A DNA stretch of 63,093 nucleotides, the filler included, from Octopus bimaculoides (lineage: Eukaryota): NCBI RefSeq assembly GCF_001194135.2. It is 5 parts of 4 records of this genome, joined end to end, with 100 filler letters (N's around TTAATTAATTAA, not from the genome) between each part and the next. Parts side by side here need not be neighbours in the genome. Positions count along the whole stretch, not along the records: positions 32,505 to 48,671 come from NC_068997.1; positions 48,772 to 60,230 come from NC_068993.1; 3 more parts are not named here. One strand, given 5' to 3'. Below the pieces are notes generated by a model. The model saw nothing but the letters and a program-made list of their open reading frames with translations. It was not told the DNA's origin and searched no databases. The translations under genes were made by a program, and so were the position numbers. Below, piece after piece: positions 37,121 to 49,320 of the stretch; position 1 is the stretch's first letter; every line of letters starts with the position of its first letter.

Positions 37121-38559
37121 TGCAAGTTTTTTTTTTCCAGGCTATGTTATTATGCTAATTAATAATGTGTCAAATGTGTCAATTAATGGTATCGTTGATA
37201 ATTTTTTCCTTCCGTCAATGATGCCGGTGACATAAATCAAAAGTCCCCTTATTGAACTATATTCATAAAAAGTATAGAACTATATTATCATCCTCAAATT
37301 TGAGAAGCAAACACTGATAACTTTTTTCTTTTAAAATTTCATTGCATGAGATTGATACCATGAAATTCTTCGAATTGAGCCCTATCATTTAAGCTTAATT
37401 AAAATATAGTTTGCTTTTAAAATAAAAATGTTAATTATATTTAAATCCAATTTTTTGCCTTATTTTTTTTTTCATGATTTTTACCTCACAACGTTTTTGA
37501 TACAAATTTTTGTTGCAGGGAACAAAACTATGAAATTCTTTATGATTTCTTTTATCATTGAAGCTAATATAAATATATTTTGCTTTTAAAATAAAGAAAA
37601 AAAAGTTATTTAGATCTAAACTTGATTGGTGGCGTTACTTACTCTCCTATTGCTACAAATTTTGATACAAACTTTTTTTCTACTGGATTAAATCTCATTT
37701 TTTTTACGCCAAAATGTAGCTCAGGACCAGTTCTCTTCAAAAATGTTAACAGTTTTCAATTTGGCTAAGAACTGAATTGGCGACAAGCTCTGAAAGGTGC
37801 TGCGTGTGAGTAAATTGCGGCCTTAAGAATATTATTCAATTACTACTACCGTAGTTGAATGATTATATTTGAATATAAGCAACTTTGATAATGTAAGCAT
37901 TATCGATGTCACATACTGTTTGTGTTTTGTTTATATACTCATTAGCTGTGCGATAGCGTCCTGGGGGAAAAGTCCCTTTAAGAAAATACCGAGTACTTCA
38001 AACCAGGCGAGGCAATTCGCTCTGTATGTAATCGAGAACGATGGATATTGATAATTCACTGTTTTCGCTGCTCATAGGCATCGTGTACTCGAATGACCTC
38101 GAGACGAATTAGAATACTGATCTGAGGTATATATGCAAATAGTGTAGAGTCTATCTGCTTATGTACAACAACGCCACACAAGTAATACGATATTAAATTT
38201 GAATTATAAGCAACTCTAATAATACATAAATAATCGATGTTACATACTTAATGCATGTATTTTGTTTATGCGCTTATTAGCTGCGGGTTAGCATCAGAGG
38301 GAAAAGTCTCTTTAAAACGCCGAATGTTAAAAAGACACTGAATAACGCAAACCAAACGGGAAAATTCCCCACGCAAGTGAACGAGGACGATGAATAATAT
38401 CAATAAGACACTGTTTTTGCAGCTGCAATAATTAATTCTAACAATTAGTAATTATTATGTCTATGTATGGTCTACAACAATTTGCAATTTTGATGGAATA
38501 AACATGCATTATTTATACAGAATCGGCTGCAACGATTTCATAGATGGTACCAACGACCT

Positions 38560-38904
38560 CATAACGGCAGGATCAAACAAGAAATATCGACAGTGTGGTA
38601 TCGAATATTTAAGAAATGACTTTATTGCATCGCCCCCACACAAAGCATTAAAAATGTTCTTTATTTGCCAAGAAGTGATTTCCAATAAATCTAAGAAACC
38701 TTCAGGATTAGAAAAGTGCCTGGAAATAATTCATATTGGCGTCGGCGTGGGTGTGCGTGGTAAGAAACTTGCTTCCCAACCACGTGGTTCTGAGTTCAGT
38801 CCCACTGCGTGGCACCTTTGCTAATTGTCTTCTACTAAAGCTTCGGGCCGACCAAAGCCTTGTGAGTGGATTTGGTAGACGGAAACTGAAAGAAGCTTAA
38901 CGTA

Positions 38905-38946
<42 letters not shown>

Positions 38947-39720
38947 TGTGTGTTTTGTATGCGTGTGTGTGTGTGTTTTGTATGCGTGTGTGTGTGTGTC
39001 TTTGTTTGTTCCCCAACACCGCTTGACAACTGGTGTTGTATTTATGTCCTAAAACTTAGCGGTTCGGCAAAAGAGATCGATAGAATAAGTACCAGGCTTA
39101 AAAAATGATAAGTACTGGGGGTCGATGTATTTGACTAAAGAGACTTCAAAGCGGTTCTCCAGCATGGCCGCTGACTAATGATTGAAACAAATGAAAAATT
39201 AACAAAAAGATATAGAGAATTACTGTCTTTGATGGCATAAAAAACATACGGGTATATTAGATGCACTCCAATTTCAGCAGCGCGTATTCAGGAGAAAAAG
39301 TGTTTTTAGTACATTAAGTTATGTAATATGGGCCCAACTTTGCATACAGGAAACGAGGTAATTTTTTGAAACGTTTTTTGAAGGAAAAAGTGTCTTGAAT
39401 GCCATTAAATACGCTATTTTGTTTTGAAGCAATTCAGGACCAATTTTGCAGACGGCCGACGTTTCAACAGAATGCATGAAAATGAGGAGTTTCGTATCTC
39501 TTACAATTCTTCATACCTACTCTTCCGGGCCAGAAAACCACATACTATTGACGAAGAATTGATCCTAGTAGCTGTTGGTGAGGTTCTCCATAGCATGTTA
39601 TACAAACCAGCAACTGAAATAATCAATAAAATTCCTTTGAGGAATAATACAATGCAATGTCGAATAGACAAAATAACCAAAGATCCGATTTTTTCTAAGG
39701 CCTGCCTAAATTTTGTTACA
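38560..39720 (+). pseudogene. hAT (Charlie/Buster, ZBED5/FAM200-like) transposase N-terminal remnant, split by a SINE
   Basis: KKYRQCGIEYLRNDFI...FICQEVISNKSKKPSGLEKCLEIIH is a decayed BED finger. ISYNSSYL..RARKPHTIDEELILVAVGEVL...KIPLRNNTMQCRIDKI matches KPHTIGEELI/IPLSNNTVxRRI. Confidence 0.85.
38738..39215 (+). mobile_element. SINE S1, complete, with internal (TA)n/(TG)n
   Basis: Colinear with 57291-57680. Confidence 0.85.
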
Positions 39721-40551
39721 ACTATATGAACCAACTCTACGAACATAAACTAACATTAAGAACTCATTCGAGACTTTAATGTTAGTTTATGTTCGGTTAT
39801 AAAGGGAGAAAAAACACACAGAGGCAAAAAACACAAGAGTTTATTATTTGCTAGACATTTGGTAACAAATTCTAAGAGGAGAATCGATAATTCTTGCAGA
39901 AGAGATATTTTCTTTCTCTCTCTTTCTTCCTTCCTTTCTTTCTTTCTTTCTTTCTTTCTTAAGAGAAATGTGTTATAGCAATACGTCATTTCAGCAAATA
40001 AAATCAGAAAGAATTATTCTCTCACTTGACAGATTATTCAGACAACAATGCCTGTGTGGTTAAAAAAAACTTGCTTTGCAACCACGCGGTTTCAGGTTCA
40101 GTTCCACTCCACAGCACCTCAACCAAGTGTCTTCTACTATATAGTCTCGGGCTGACTAACGCTGTGTGAGTGGATTTGGTAGACGGAAACTATATGGAAG
40201 CTCGGTATATATATCAATTTAATTTGTGTTCGTGGGAAGAACCATTTTAACGATGTGTACTGCCTTAATTCTTCGAAACGCCGGAGTTTTAATGGTGGCA
40301 GCTGATGAAGGGGATGTTTCTATGTGGCCTGCTTGTTTGTTGCACCTTGTTTACCATTTTTGTCCTTGTTCTTTTGCCACGTCATGTACCCAGTTATGTA
40401 TCTATATGTACATGTGGATGAACGTATATACATACATGTACATATATATGCATATACTCATATATTGTTTGTATATATATATATCTATGTATGTACGTAT
40501 GTATGTACGTACGTATGTATGTATGTATGTGTGTGTGTCTTTGTATTTATC

Positions 40552-40860
40552 CTGAGAGCGCGTGGTTTAGTAGTTAGGGATATTCGGTTCACAATCGTAA
40601 GGTCGTGAGTTCGATTCCCGGCAGCGTGTTGTGTCTCCTTGAGCAAGACGTTGTTCCAGTCCAATCGGCTGGCAACAATGAGCAGTACCAAGAGCCAGTC
40701 TTGTCGCATTTTGTTTCACGCTGAATCTCGCTAAGGACTACGTTAAAGTTACGTGTGCTTGTGGAGTGCTCAGCCACTTGCACGTTAATTTCACGAGCGG
40801 GTTGTTCCGGTGACCGGATCAACTGGAGCACTCATCGTCGTAATCGACGGAGTGCCAGTT
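40552..40860 (+). mobile_element. SINE family S3, near-complete
   Basis: A-box GTGGTTTAGTAG, B-box GAGTTCGATTCCC, TCCTTGAGCAAGAC core, and tail ending CGTCGTAATCGACGGAGTGCCA. Confidence 0.75.
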
Positions 40861-41439
40861 TGTCTTCTATCCATCGCTCGACAACCAGTGATGATTTCTT
40901 TACATTCCCGTAACTCAACACTTCGGTAAAAAGGAACCGATACAATATGTACCAGACTTAAAAATAAGCAGTGGGGTCGATTTGTTCCTCTAAAACCCTT
41001 CAAAGCAGTGAAAGCGACGAACAGGGCCGCTGTCAAATTACTAACAAAAGTAGAAGAATGATAGAAGGGGGGAAAAAAAGAATTTAATCGCGTGTTGAAA
41101 TACGCCACGCAAGTTTGCTGGTTGTTTATAGAACGTCACTTGTCTTATTTTACAAGTCTTCTTGAGAGACATTTAGGAATTCTTTGGAAACAATGATGTT
41201 TACATGCGAGATGACTTAAAGAAGTTTAAAACTGACTTAATTTTATATGTTTGGTTTATATTTCAAGTTAAAAGGAATGGATATGCAGCTGTATGGAGAC
41301 AAACAGTTGATTTAGACAATAAAAGTTATTATATGTGCATTCGTTTCGTAGATTGTTGTGTTCAAACAGATTTGAATGTGAAGAAATTTATTAGTTTTTC
41401 TGAATTATTTTCTGTATGGCTGTGTAGTTACAAAGAAAC

Positions 41440-41592
41440 TCACGTTGCAGTCACGTGGCTTTGGATTCAGTCCCACTGTGCTGCAGCTTGGGCAAATATC
41501 TTCTATTATAGTCTCCGGGCCGAACAATGCATTGTGAGGAATCCCGTTATATATATGTGTGTGTGTGTGTGTGTGTCTGTCTGTGTGTCTGT

Positions 41593-41629
<37 letters not shown>

Positions 41630-42240
41630 TAAGTGTGCTTGCGTTCGTAATGTCTTTATCCCAATTTACAACGTTTGAAAACCAGTATAGATTGAATCAT
41701 GTTCTCGTAACTTAGCGATTCGACAAAAGAGAACCAATAGAATAAATATCAGGATTAAAAAATAAGTAATAAAGTCGATTCGTTCGAATAAACGCTTTAA
41801 GGCGGTGCTCCATCATGGCCTGCTAGGTTACGGGGACATAAACACACCAACATCGTTTGTCAAGCGATGTTGGGTGCACAGAGACAGCTGGTGCCCCAGC
41901 ATGACCACAGTCCAATGACTGAAGGAAGTAAAAGATAAAAGGAAAGATAAAGATACAAACATATATATATACATACATGCATACATATATACACACACAC
42001 ATATATACACATATGTAATATATATATATATATACATATATACGCGCGCGCGCACACACACACACACATATATATACATATACGACTGGCTTCTTTCAGT
42101 TTCCGTCAACCAAATCCACTCACAAGGCTTTGGTCAGTACGAGGCTTATAGCAAGAAGACACTTGCCCAAGGTGTCACGCAGTAGGACTGAACCCGAAAC
42201 TATGTGGTTGGGAAGCAAGCTTCCTACCACGCAGCCACAC
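41440..42240. mobile_element. Two interdigitated SINE S1 copies in opposite orientations
   Basis: A plus copy spans 41440-41822 and a minus head 42085-42240. Between them lie a minus tail piece (41828-41885) and a plus tail piece (41890-41940). Confidence 0.65.
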
Positions 42241-43264
42241 GGAAACATGTACACATACATATANNNNNNNNNNNNNNNNNNNNNNNNNNNNNNNNNNNNN
42301 NNNNNNNNNNNNNNNNNNNNNNNNNNNNNNNNNNNNNNNNNNNNNNNNNNNNNNNNNNNNNNNNNNNNNNNNNNNNNNNNNNNNNNNNNNNNNNNNNNNN
42401 NNNNNNNNNNNNNNNNNNNNNNNNNNNNNNNNNNNNNNNNNNNNNNNNNNNNNNNNNNNNNNNNNNNNNNNNNNNNNNNNNNNNNNNNNNNNNNNNNNNN
42501 NNNNNNNNNNNNNNNNNNNNNNNNNNNNNNNNNNNNNNNNNNNNNNNNNNNNNNNNNNNNNNNNNNNNNNNNNNNNNNNNNNNNNNNNNNNNNNNNNNNN
42601 NNNNNNNNNNNNNNNNNNNNNNNNNNNNNNNNNNNNNNNNNNNNNNNNNNNNNNNNNNNNNNNNNNNNNNNNNNNNNNNNNNNNNNNNNNNNNNNNNNNN
42701 NNNNNNNNNNNNNNNNNNNNNNNNNNNNNNNNNNNNNNNNNNNNNNNNNNNNNNNNNNNNNNNNNNNNNNNNNNNNNNNNNNNNNNNNNNNNNNNNNNNN
42801 NNNNNNNNNNNNNNNNNNNNNNNNNNNNNNNNNNNNNNNNNNNNNNNNNNNNNNNNNNNNNNNNNNNNNNNNNNNNNNNNNNNNNNNNNNNNNNNNNNNN
42901 NNNNNNNNNNNNNNNNNNNNNNNNNNNNNNNNNNNNNNNNNNNNNNNATATATATATATATACGTGTTGGAGCATGGGGTAAAATGCTAACTGTAGTAGT
43001 TTGTACACCAATCTAACGCTAATTAAGGCACGAAAATTTATAATAGCGTATGTGGAAGTAATTAAGCTTAGTTGTGCAGTTAATCCTATGAAATGGCACC
43101 GTTGATGAGAGTAGATGTAGGGGTGGGGGTCAATAATCCATGCTAATGACAACATTCAATTGTAATCTAGTGGTGTAATTGTTTAACCAAATGCACTCAT
43201 TAACACCGCCTATATGTGTATTTACACACGCACGCTCGCGCACACACGCACGCGCGCACACACA

Positions 43265-43490
43265 CATACACATTCTGTCGTTCTTTTATTCTATTGTTTC
43301 TGTCATTTAACTGCGGCCATGCTGGAGCACCGCCTTAAAGAGTATTAGTAAAAGAAATCGACCCCAGAACTTATTCTTTATAAGCCTAGCGCTTATTCTA
43401 TCGGTGTCTTTTGCCGAGACGCTAAGTTACGGGGGACATAAACATACCAGCATCGGTTGTCAAGCGATGGCAGGGGGACAAACAAATAAA
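43265..43490 (-). mobile_element. SINE S1 tail half
   Basis: CTGTCATTTAACTGCGGCCATGCTGGAGCACCGCC...CAGCATCGGTTGTCAAGCGATG. Confidence 0.8.
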
Positions 43491-44711
43491 TTTTATTTTA
43501 GAATTTATGAAAGCAACTGTCTTTGAAGACTCATATTGTCGTTGAATGCTCGAAATGAGAAGTAGACAGCCAGCCAACAACTGACGAAGGGTCCTTACTC
43601 TGTGTTTACTTATCCTGTTTACCAGTTTTTTCTCGTTGTTTACTATTTAACGAGTTTGTTTACGCATTTCATGTTATTTGCACCGTTGGTGACGTCCTGT
43701 ACACTTATATGCATATATATATGTGTGTGTATATATATATANNNNNNNNNNNNNNNNNNNNNNNNNNNNNNNNNNNNNNNNNNNNNNNNNNNNNNNNNNN
43801 NNNNNNNNNNNNNNNNNNNNNNNNNNNNNNNNNNNNNNNNNNNNNNNNNNNNNNNNNNNNNNNNNNNNNNNNNNNNNNNNNNNNNNNNNNNNNNNNNNNN
43901 NNNNNNNNNNNNNNNNNNNNNNNNNNNNNNNNNNNNNNNNNNNNNNNNNNNNNNNNNNNNNNNNNNNNNNNNNNNNNNNNNNNNNNNNNNNNNNNNNNNN
44001 NNNNNNNNNNNNNNNNNNNNNNNNNNNNNNNNNNNNNNNNNNNNNNNNNNNNNNNNNNNNNNNNNNNNNNNNNNNNNNNNNNNNNNNNNNNNNNNNNNNN
44101 NNNNNNNNNNNNNNNNNNNNNNNNNNNNNNNNNNNNNNNNNNNNNNNNNNNNNNNNNNNNNNNNNNNNNNNNNNNNNNNNNNNNNNNNNNNNNNNNNNNN
44201 NNNNNNNNNNNNNNNNNNNNNNNNNNNNNNNNNNNNNNNNNNNNNNNNNNNNNNNNNNNNNNNNNNNNNNNNNNNNNNNNNNNNNNNNNNNNNNNNNNNN
44301 NNNNNNNNNNNNNNNNNNNNNNNNNNNNNNNNNNNNNNNNNNNNNNNNNNNNNNNNNNNNNNNNNNNNNNNNNNNNNNNNNNNNNNNNNNNNNNNNNNNN
44401 NNNNNNNNNNNNNNNNNNNNNNNNNNNNNNNNNNNNNNNNNNNNNNNNNNNNNNNNNNNNNNNNNNNNNNNNNNNNNNNNNNNNNNNNNNNNNNNNNNNN
44501 NNNNNNNNNNNNNNNNNNNNNNNNNNNNNNNNNNNNNNNNNNNNNNNNNNNNNNNNNNNNNNNNNNNNNNNNNNNNNNNNNNNNNNNNTATATATAGTCA
44601 AAGGATACTGACTAGCACCAGTTTTGCTAAAGAGAAGAGTTAAACAAACTCAAAGCCACAAACGCACTGTTCTAAATGACTGACAAAGGGAGTTAAGTTC
44701 CGAGCGTACAT

Positions 44712-44767
44712 AACCAGATCGCGATTTCGGATTTTGGTGTAGACCATGTTAATCCTCATCAGCGGCT
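44712..44767 (-). ncRNA. Intact minimal type-I hammerhead ribozyme motif (family D)
   Basis: AGCCG-CUGAUGA-GGAUU-(AACAUGGUCUACACCAA)-AAUCC-GAAA-UCGCG-AUC|UGGUU. The core is perfect, G10.1-C11.1 pairs, stem III is the palindrome AUCGCGAU, and stem I is AGCCG/UGGUU. Confidence 0.8.
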
Positions 44768-45789
44768 CTTAACGCCTAGGGTTAAACTCAACTACCTCTG
44801 TCAATCTTATAAGAAGAACCGTTGAAAACGTGTTCTGATTTCCAAAAGGGTAAAAGTGTAAACAACAAATTGAAAAGGATTGCTTATTAGCAATTAGGCA
44901 AAACTAAAGGCAAAATTAATGTCCGTTTTAATCGTTTATGTCAAATGCCTATAGTCATAGTCACCAGCGGTGGTGGTATCATTTGAAACTGCTGAGTTAA
45001 GTTCATGAGCTGGATTTGTATGCTATTGATCGTGCCAGAAGCTAACCTCGAATAAATTTCGACAGCTCTTGATTGCCTCTTCTCTTTCTTACCGAACTTA
45101 CCGCTAACACTACTTTTGTGTCGGATTTGTGCCTGCACAAGGACATGAGAAAAATTCTATAAAGAAAGAAAATGAAATTAACCTCTAAATCCTTGACACC
45201 TACAGCTCCGAAACCCTCAATCCCACTTATTTCAGAAGATTTTTAGTTGGGATTTTAGACAGAGGTTTTGGAACATACAAGTTCCACATTTCTGAATTTT
45301 TACTCTTCCTGTTTGTGGTTTCTGATTACATATGTTGATAGCTTGTTAGTATATCAGTTATACGTGCAAGTTGTAGTTTTTCCCCATTTTAATGCGCAAA
45401 ACATTAGCTGTTACACTGGCAAAGCATTTATTATAAGAAATAGTATATCTAATATATATATATATATTCTAAGAACATATAAAACATACAAAATAAGGCA
45501 CGCGGAAATAGCTAATTTTTTTTTTGATTTTGGGTGTGGTTTGTTATTACTGTTCATGTTTTTTTACTTTCCCAGAAATAGACTTTATAGAAATTTAATA
45601 TTTCATCCTTTAAAAAAATCACATGAAAGCATATTTTATAAATATTTTAAAAGAAAATTAAAGGACATTGAAAAATCTTCAGCGAATATTGAATATGCTA
45701 TTGTAAAAACAAACGGTAAAAATATTTAGCCTTAGAACATCTACAATAGAATACCATAATAATTTATTCATTACTAAGGGTCTCATATA

Positions 45790-46010
45790 TAATTTATTCT
45801 AATATAGCACAGGGCCTGAAATTTTGGGGGAGAGATGTAGTAGATAACATCGACCCCAGTGCTCAACTGGTACTCATTTTATCGAACCCGTAGAGATGAA
45901 AGGAGAAGCTAACTTCGTCAGAATTCGAAATCAGAATGTAAAGACCCGGACGAAATACCAGTAAGCATTTTATCCAACATGTTGACGATTCTACCAGTTT
46001 GCCACCCTTC
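45790..46010 (-). mobile_element. SINE S2 (Meta-like core)
   Basis: CATCGACCCCAGTGCTCAACTGGTACTCATTTTATCGAACCCGTAGAGATGAAAGG is the reverse complement of the S2 core. Confidence 0.75.
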
Positions 46011-46559
46011 TATTTTTCTCATATGCGCGCGCGCGCGTACACACACATACACAAAATTTATCCATGTTCATTATATGTATATNNNNNNNNNNNNNNNNNN
46101 NNNNNNNNNNNNNNNNNNNNNNNNNNNNNNNNNNNNNNNNNNNNNNNNNNNATATATATATATATAATGTACTTGGAAAAGGATGCGTGGCGTTCGATCA
46201 TATAATAATATAATTAATATATAAATATATGCATATATCCATACATATATGTACATACCTACATATATATGTATATATACATGCATATATGGGTACAGGA
46301 CATAAAAAAAAAAACGTTGAACACAATTTCAGAGTTAATATCAACAAGTGTAAGTTATGTGTAAGGGAATCTCTTGCCATCCTTAAGTCTTTTGGGCCTA
46401 AAACTTTAAATAAATTTACAGAGGTGATCCCTTTTTGCAACCATAAGTTTTCTTCTACTTTTCTTAAAGTGTACAGAAGTAAAGTTAGATGTGATAAATA
46501 ATATTTAGTTTTACGGTGTTTTGAAACTGGATAGTTAAAATTTCTATTAACAACAACCA

Positions 46560-48222
46560 CCTGCATGTTTAGCAATGGAATAATTCGTTTCTTTTGTTGT
46601 TGTTTTGTTCGTTGTGTGTTATAAAATTTAGGCTCGTCCTGTGATGAATTATTATTTTAAAATTAGCAATGCGGAGTTGAATGAACTTTTCTTGAGTTTG
46701 TCTGAGTGTGAAGTTTCAGTTGTGTTAACCAGTTTTGAAAGAGAGAGGTAGTGTTTTTTTGTGACTATCGTTGAAACTTATTATCGCGCGAGCGTGTTAT
46801 TTGCTGTTGTAGTTGATTTTTGCTGTTCTTTTTTTTTCCCCCTCCATTTTGGGTGAAAAGAGTAACGTAGTCTCTCCGATATGGAGAGCTATGCAAAAAC
46901 CGCTGCGGCGAGAACAGCCGCGCCATTAGAAGCGAAACAAATACACGTTGACATGGAGGAGATACTGAAGAGTTAATTAATAAAGAAGGAGAGGGAGATA
47001 CGATCAAGTTGATCCCTCCGCAAAGGATTACAAAAGATAAAAGTTTAAAGATGGCGGTGTGCCGAACGCAAGCGGTCGCCACCAACAAGATAGAGAGAAG
47101 GCAACATACATCGGCAGACATACGTCGGCAGAGGAAGAAGGTTTGGCACGGTGGAGGTGAGGTTTGCCACAAAGGAAGAAGCGGCCTCATATTCCACCAT
47201 CATTCTGAGAACAGAGAAGGTGACGCTGTTACCCAGTTACAGGGGAAGGCGCAGTGTCCGGATCAGAATACCAAGGGTACCACCAGAAATTAAAACCGAG
47301 TGGCTGGTTGCAGCTATTCTGTCAGCAACCGACGACGACCCAGAACTGGGACCTGTTGGAGTGACGAAAAGGTTGAACTTGTGGGGATTCGGAGTTGAAA
47401 TGTGGATTTTCGCCACATTTGAAGACATCGAGATCCTCTACCAGATTGAGGTCGAGGAGGAGAAAACGTTGAATGTGGTGGAGGAGGGACGGAGGCCGAA
47501 CTGCTATATAATCGGCGTGAGGGGGTCACATGAAGACTCAGTGCCCCTTGTTTGAGTACACGCATCGTGAGAAGAAGGAGCAAGAGAGATAGACGGAGGA
47601 GAAATTACATACATGGAAAGATAAGGAGTGTACCCCGGAAGTTAAGGAGAAGAATAAAAACGAGGAGGATTATACCCACGAAGTTAAAGAGAAAAAAAAA
47701 AGAATAACATGGAAGAAACAAAAGAGGGGAGTGACGGATTTTTCAGCCTCAAAAGAAAAGAAGAGCCAAAGAAAGGTAAGGAAGGACTTGAATTTAGAAA
47801 TTTGAAAGAAAGGGAAAAAAAAAACAACAAAAAAAAAACAATAGAACAATGTAAATACAAGGGTTTTTTGGTGGTGTATGAGAGGGATACAGAGAAAAAA
47901 ATTGCGAAATGGAAGGGACTGGTGAAAGTGAAGTTGTCAAGAGAGAGATTTGATATGGATGAAAAATAATGTATGTAGATTTGTTAATGAGAAGAGAAAA
48001 AACTGTTAAAATATGTAACCACTCGATTTCGGGGATCGAGTGGGGCAAATACGCTTCATTTTCATTCTTTCATATTATCATTCGCTTCTTTTATTTTTTC
48101 TTGTTTGATCTTCTGTTTGTAATTTTTAGTTCCCCGAGTTTGTTTGGTCACGTTTTGCAGTGCCTTTATGTTTTGGATTTGTCGACAAGCATCTTCGTGT
48201 AGGCCTTTGTGGGTAATAAATT
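46560..48222 (+). mobile_element. ORF1-only Tx1/L1-related element (ORF1 pseudogene about 46879-47969)
   Basis: TYVGRGRRFGTVEVRFATKEEAA...LLPSYRGR...VPPEIKTEWLVAAIL...EGRRPNCYI.GVRGHMKTQC (knuckle across a frameshift) is homologous to 13.1-13.6 kb. A T-rich UTR-like segment ending GTGGGTAATAAA follows, with no ORF2. Confidence 0.7.
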
Positions 48223-48771
48223 AGTCCGAGTTTCTTGTTCATCTTGATGAGGGGATCATTGCCGAGATGCACTTTAACTGTAATCGAACCGCAGCAATGA
48301 ACTCCCTAAATGGCCATAGGTGTGTTTGATTTGATTTTGTGGAACTCTTTTTGCTCCTAGACTCTAACTTACACCGTGGTTTTACGAATTGAACATTTTT
48401 TGACGTTCTCTCTTTTGTCTGAGGGGAGTAAAAAGAAAATTTTAGTCGACTGATATATTATTTTAGTTTAGTTTTAGATTTTTAGTAGCATGACACGCTT
48501 TAAAATTTTTAGTCGACAGTATTTACTTTATATATATAAAGATCCGTTTACATATTTGTTAAGATCGCCATATATATATATATATATGGGAGAATATACA
48601 AAAAATAACAACAGACGAGGACAGGTGGTGTAAATAACAAAAGTATATATTAGTATGACGCTCGGGAATACNNNNNNNNNNNNNNNNNNNNNNNNNNNNN
48701 NNNNNNNNNNNNNNNTTAATTAATTAANNNNNNNNNNNNNNNNNNNNNNNNNNNNNNNNNNNNNNNNNNNN

Positions 48772-49320
48772 AAATCTTATATGGACCCAATACATTAACT
48801 TGTGTAGGTTGAACTATGTAGGGAAAGAAACCTGGATACTTCTTGCAATACATACCAATACAAACATCTATGGTAAATATTTTTTTCAGTGACCCTTAAA
48901 ATACTATTGTAGTTCCCCAATTTACTATCTTGTTGCGTGGACCCTGAAAAATCTTATATCGGCCCTACACATTAGTTTGTGTAGGTTGAACCATGTAAAG
49001 ATAGAACCCTAGCTATTTCTTGCAATACACACCAATACATACATCAAGCGCAAAATACTATTTTGGACCCCCAATTTACTATTTTTTTTTTTTTTTTTTT
49101 GCGTGGACCCTCAAAAATCTTATATGGACCCAATACATTAACTTGTGTAGGTTGAACTATGTAGGGAAAGAAACCTGGATACTTCTTGCAATACATACCA
49201 ATACATTCATCTGAAGCAAATTTTTTTGAGGAACCCTTGAAATAATATTGTGGATCCCAAATTTACTATTTTGTTGCGTGGTCCGCCCCACGCCCCCAAA
49301 TCTTATATGGACCCACATGG
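48772..49320. repeat. Tandem repeat, unit about 170-180 bp, about 3 copies next to a gap
   Basis: AAATCTTATATGGACCCAATACATTAACTTGTGTAGGTTGAACTATGTAG recurs at about 48772, 48948, 49115 and partially at 49298. Confidence 0.85.

Noticed and set aside
38560-39720. Domesticated ZBED/FAM200-like host gene
   Set aside because: Start codon decayed, zinc ligands lost, interrupted by a SINE and lacking the catalytic domain; a transposon fossil.
40225-40320. GAAGAA/UUCUUC-GAAAC-GCCGGA-GUU and downstream CUGAUGA
   Set aside because: The 3' half resembles family C, but no CUGANGA precedes stem II and the downstream CUGAUGA has no stem I partner. The similar 43520-43600 segment fails likewise.
48238-48320. 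UUGAUGA-GGGGAUCAUUGC...GCAAUGAACUCCC-UAAAU hairpin
   Set aside because: Hammerhead-like spacing, but C3 and G12 are mutated and there is no cleavage triplet or stem I, so it cannot be supported.
48600-48671. Possible further Penelope-like terminal fragment
   Set aside because: Only about 70 bp are visible before a gap, and no diagnostic motif is readable.
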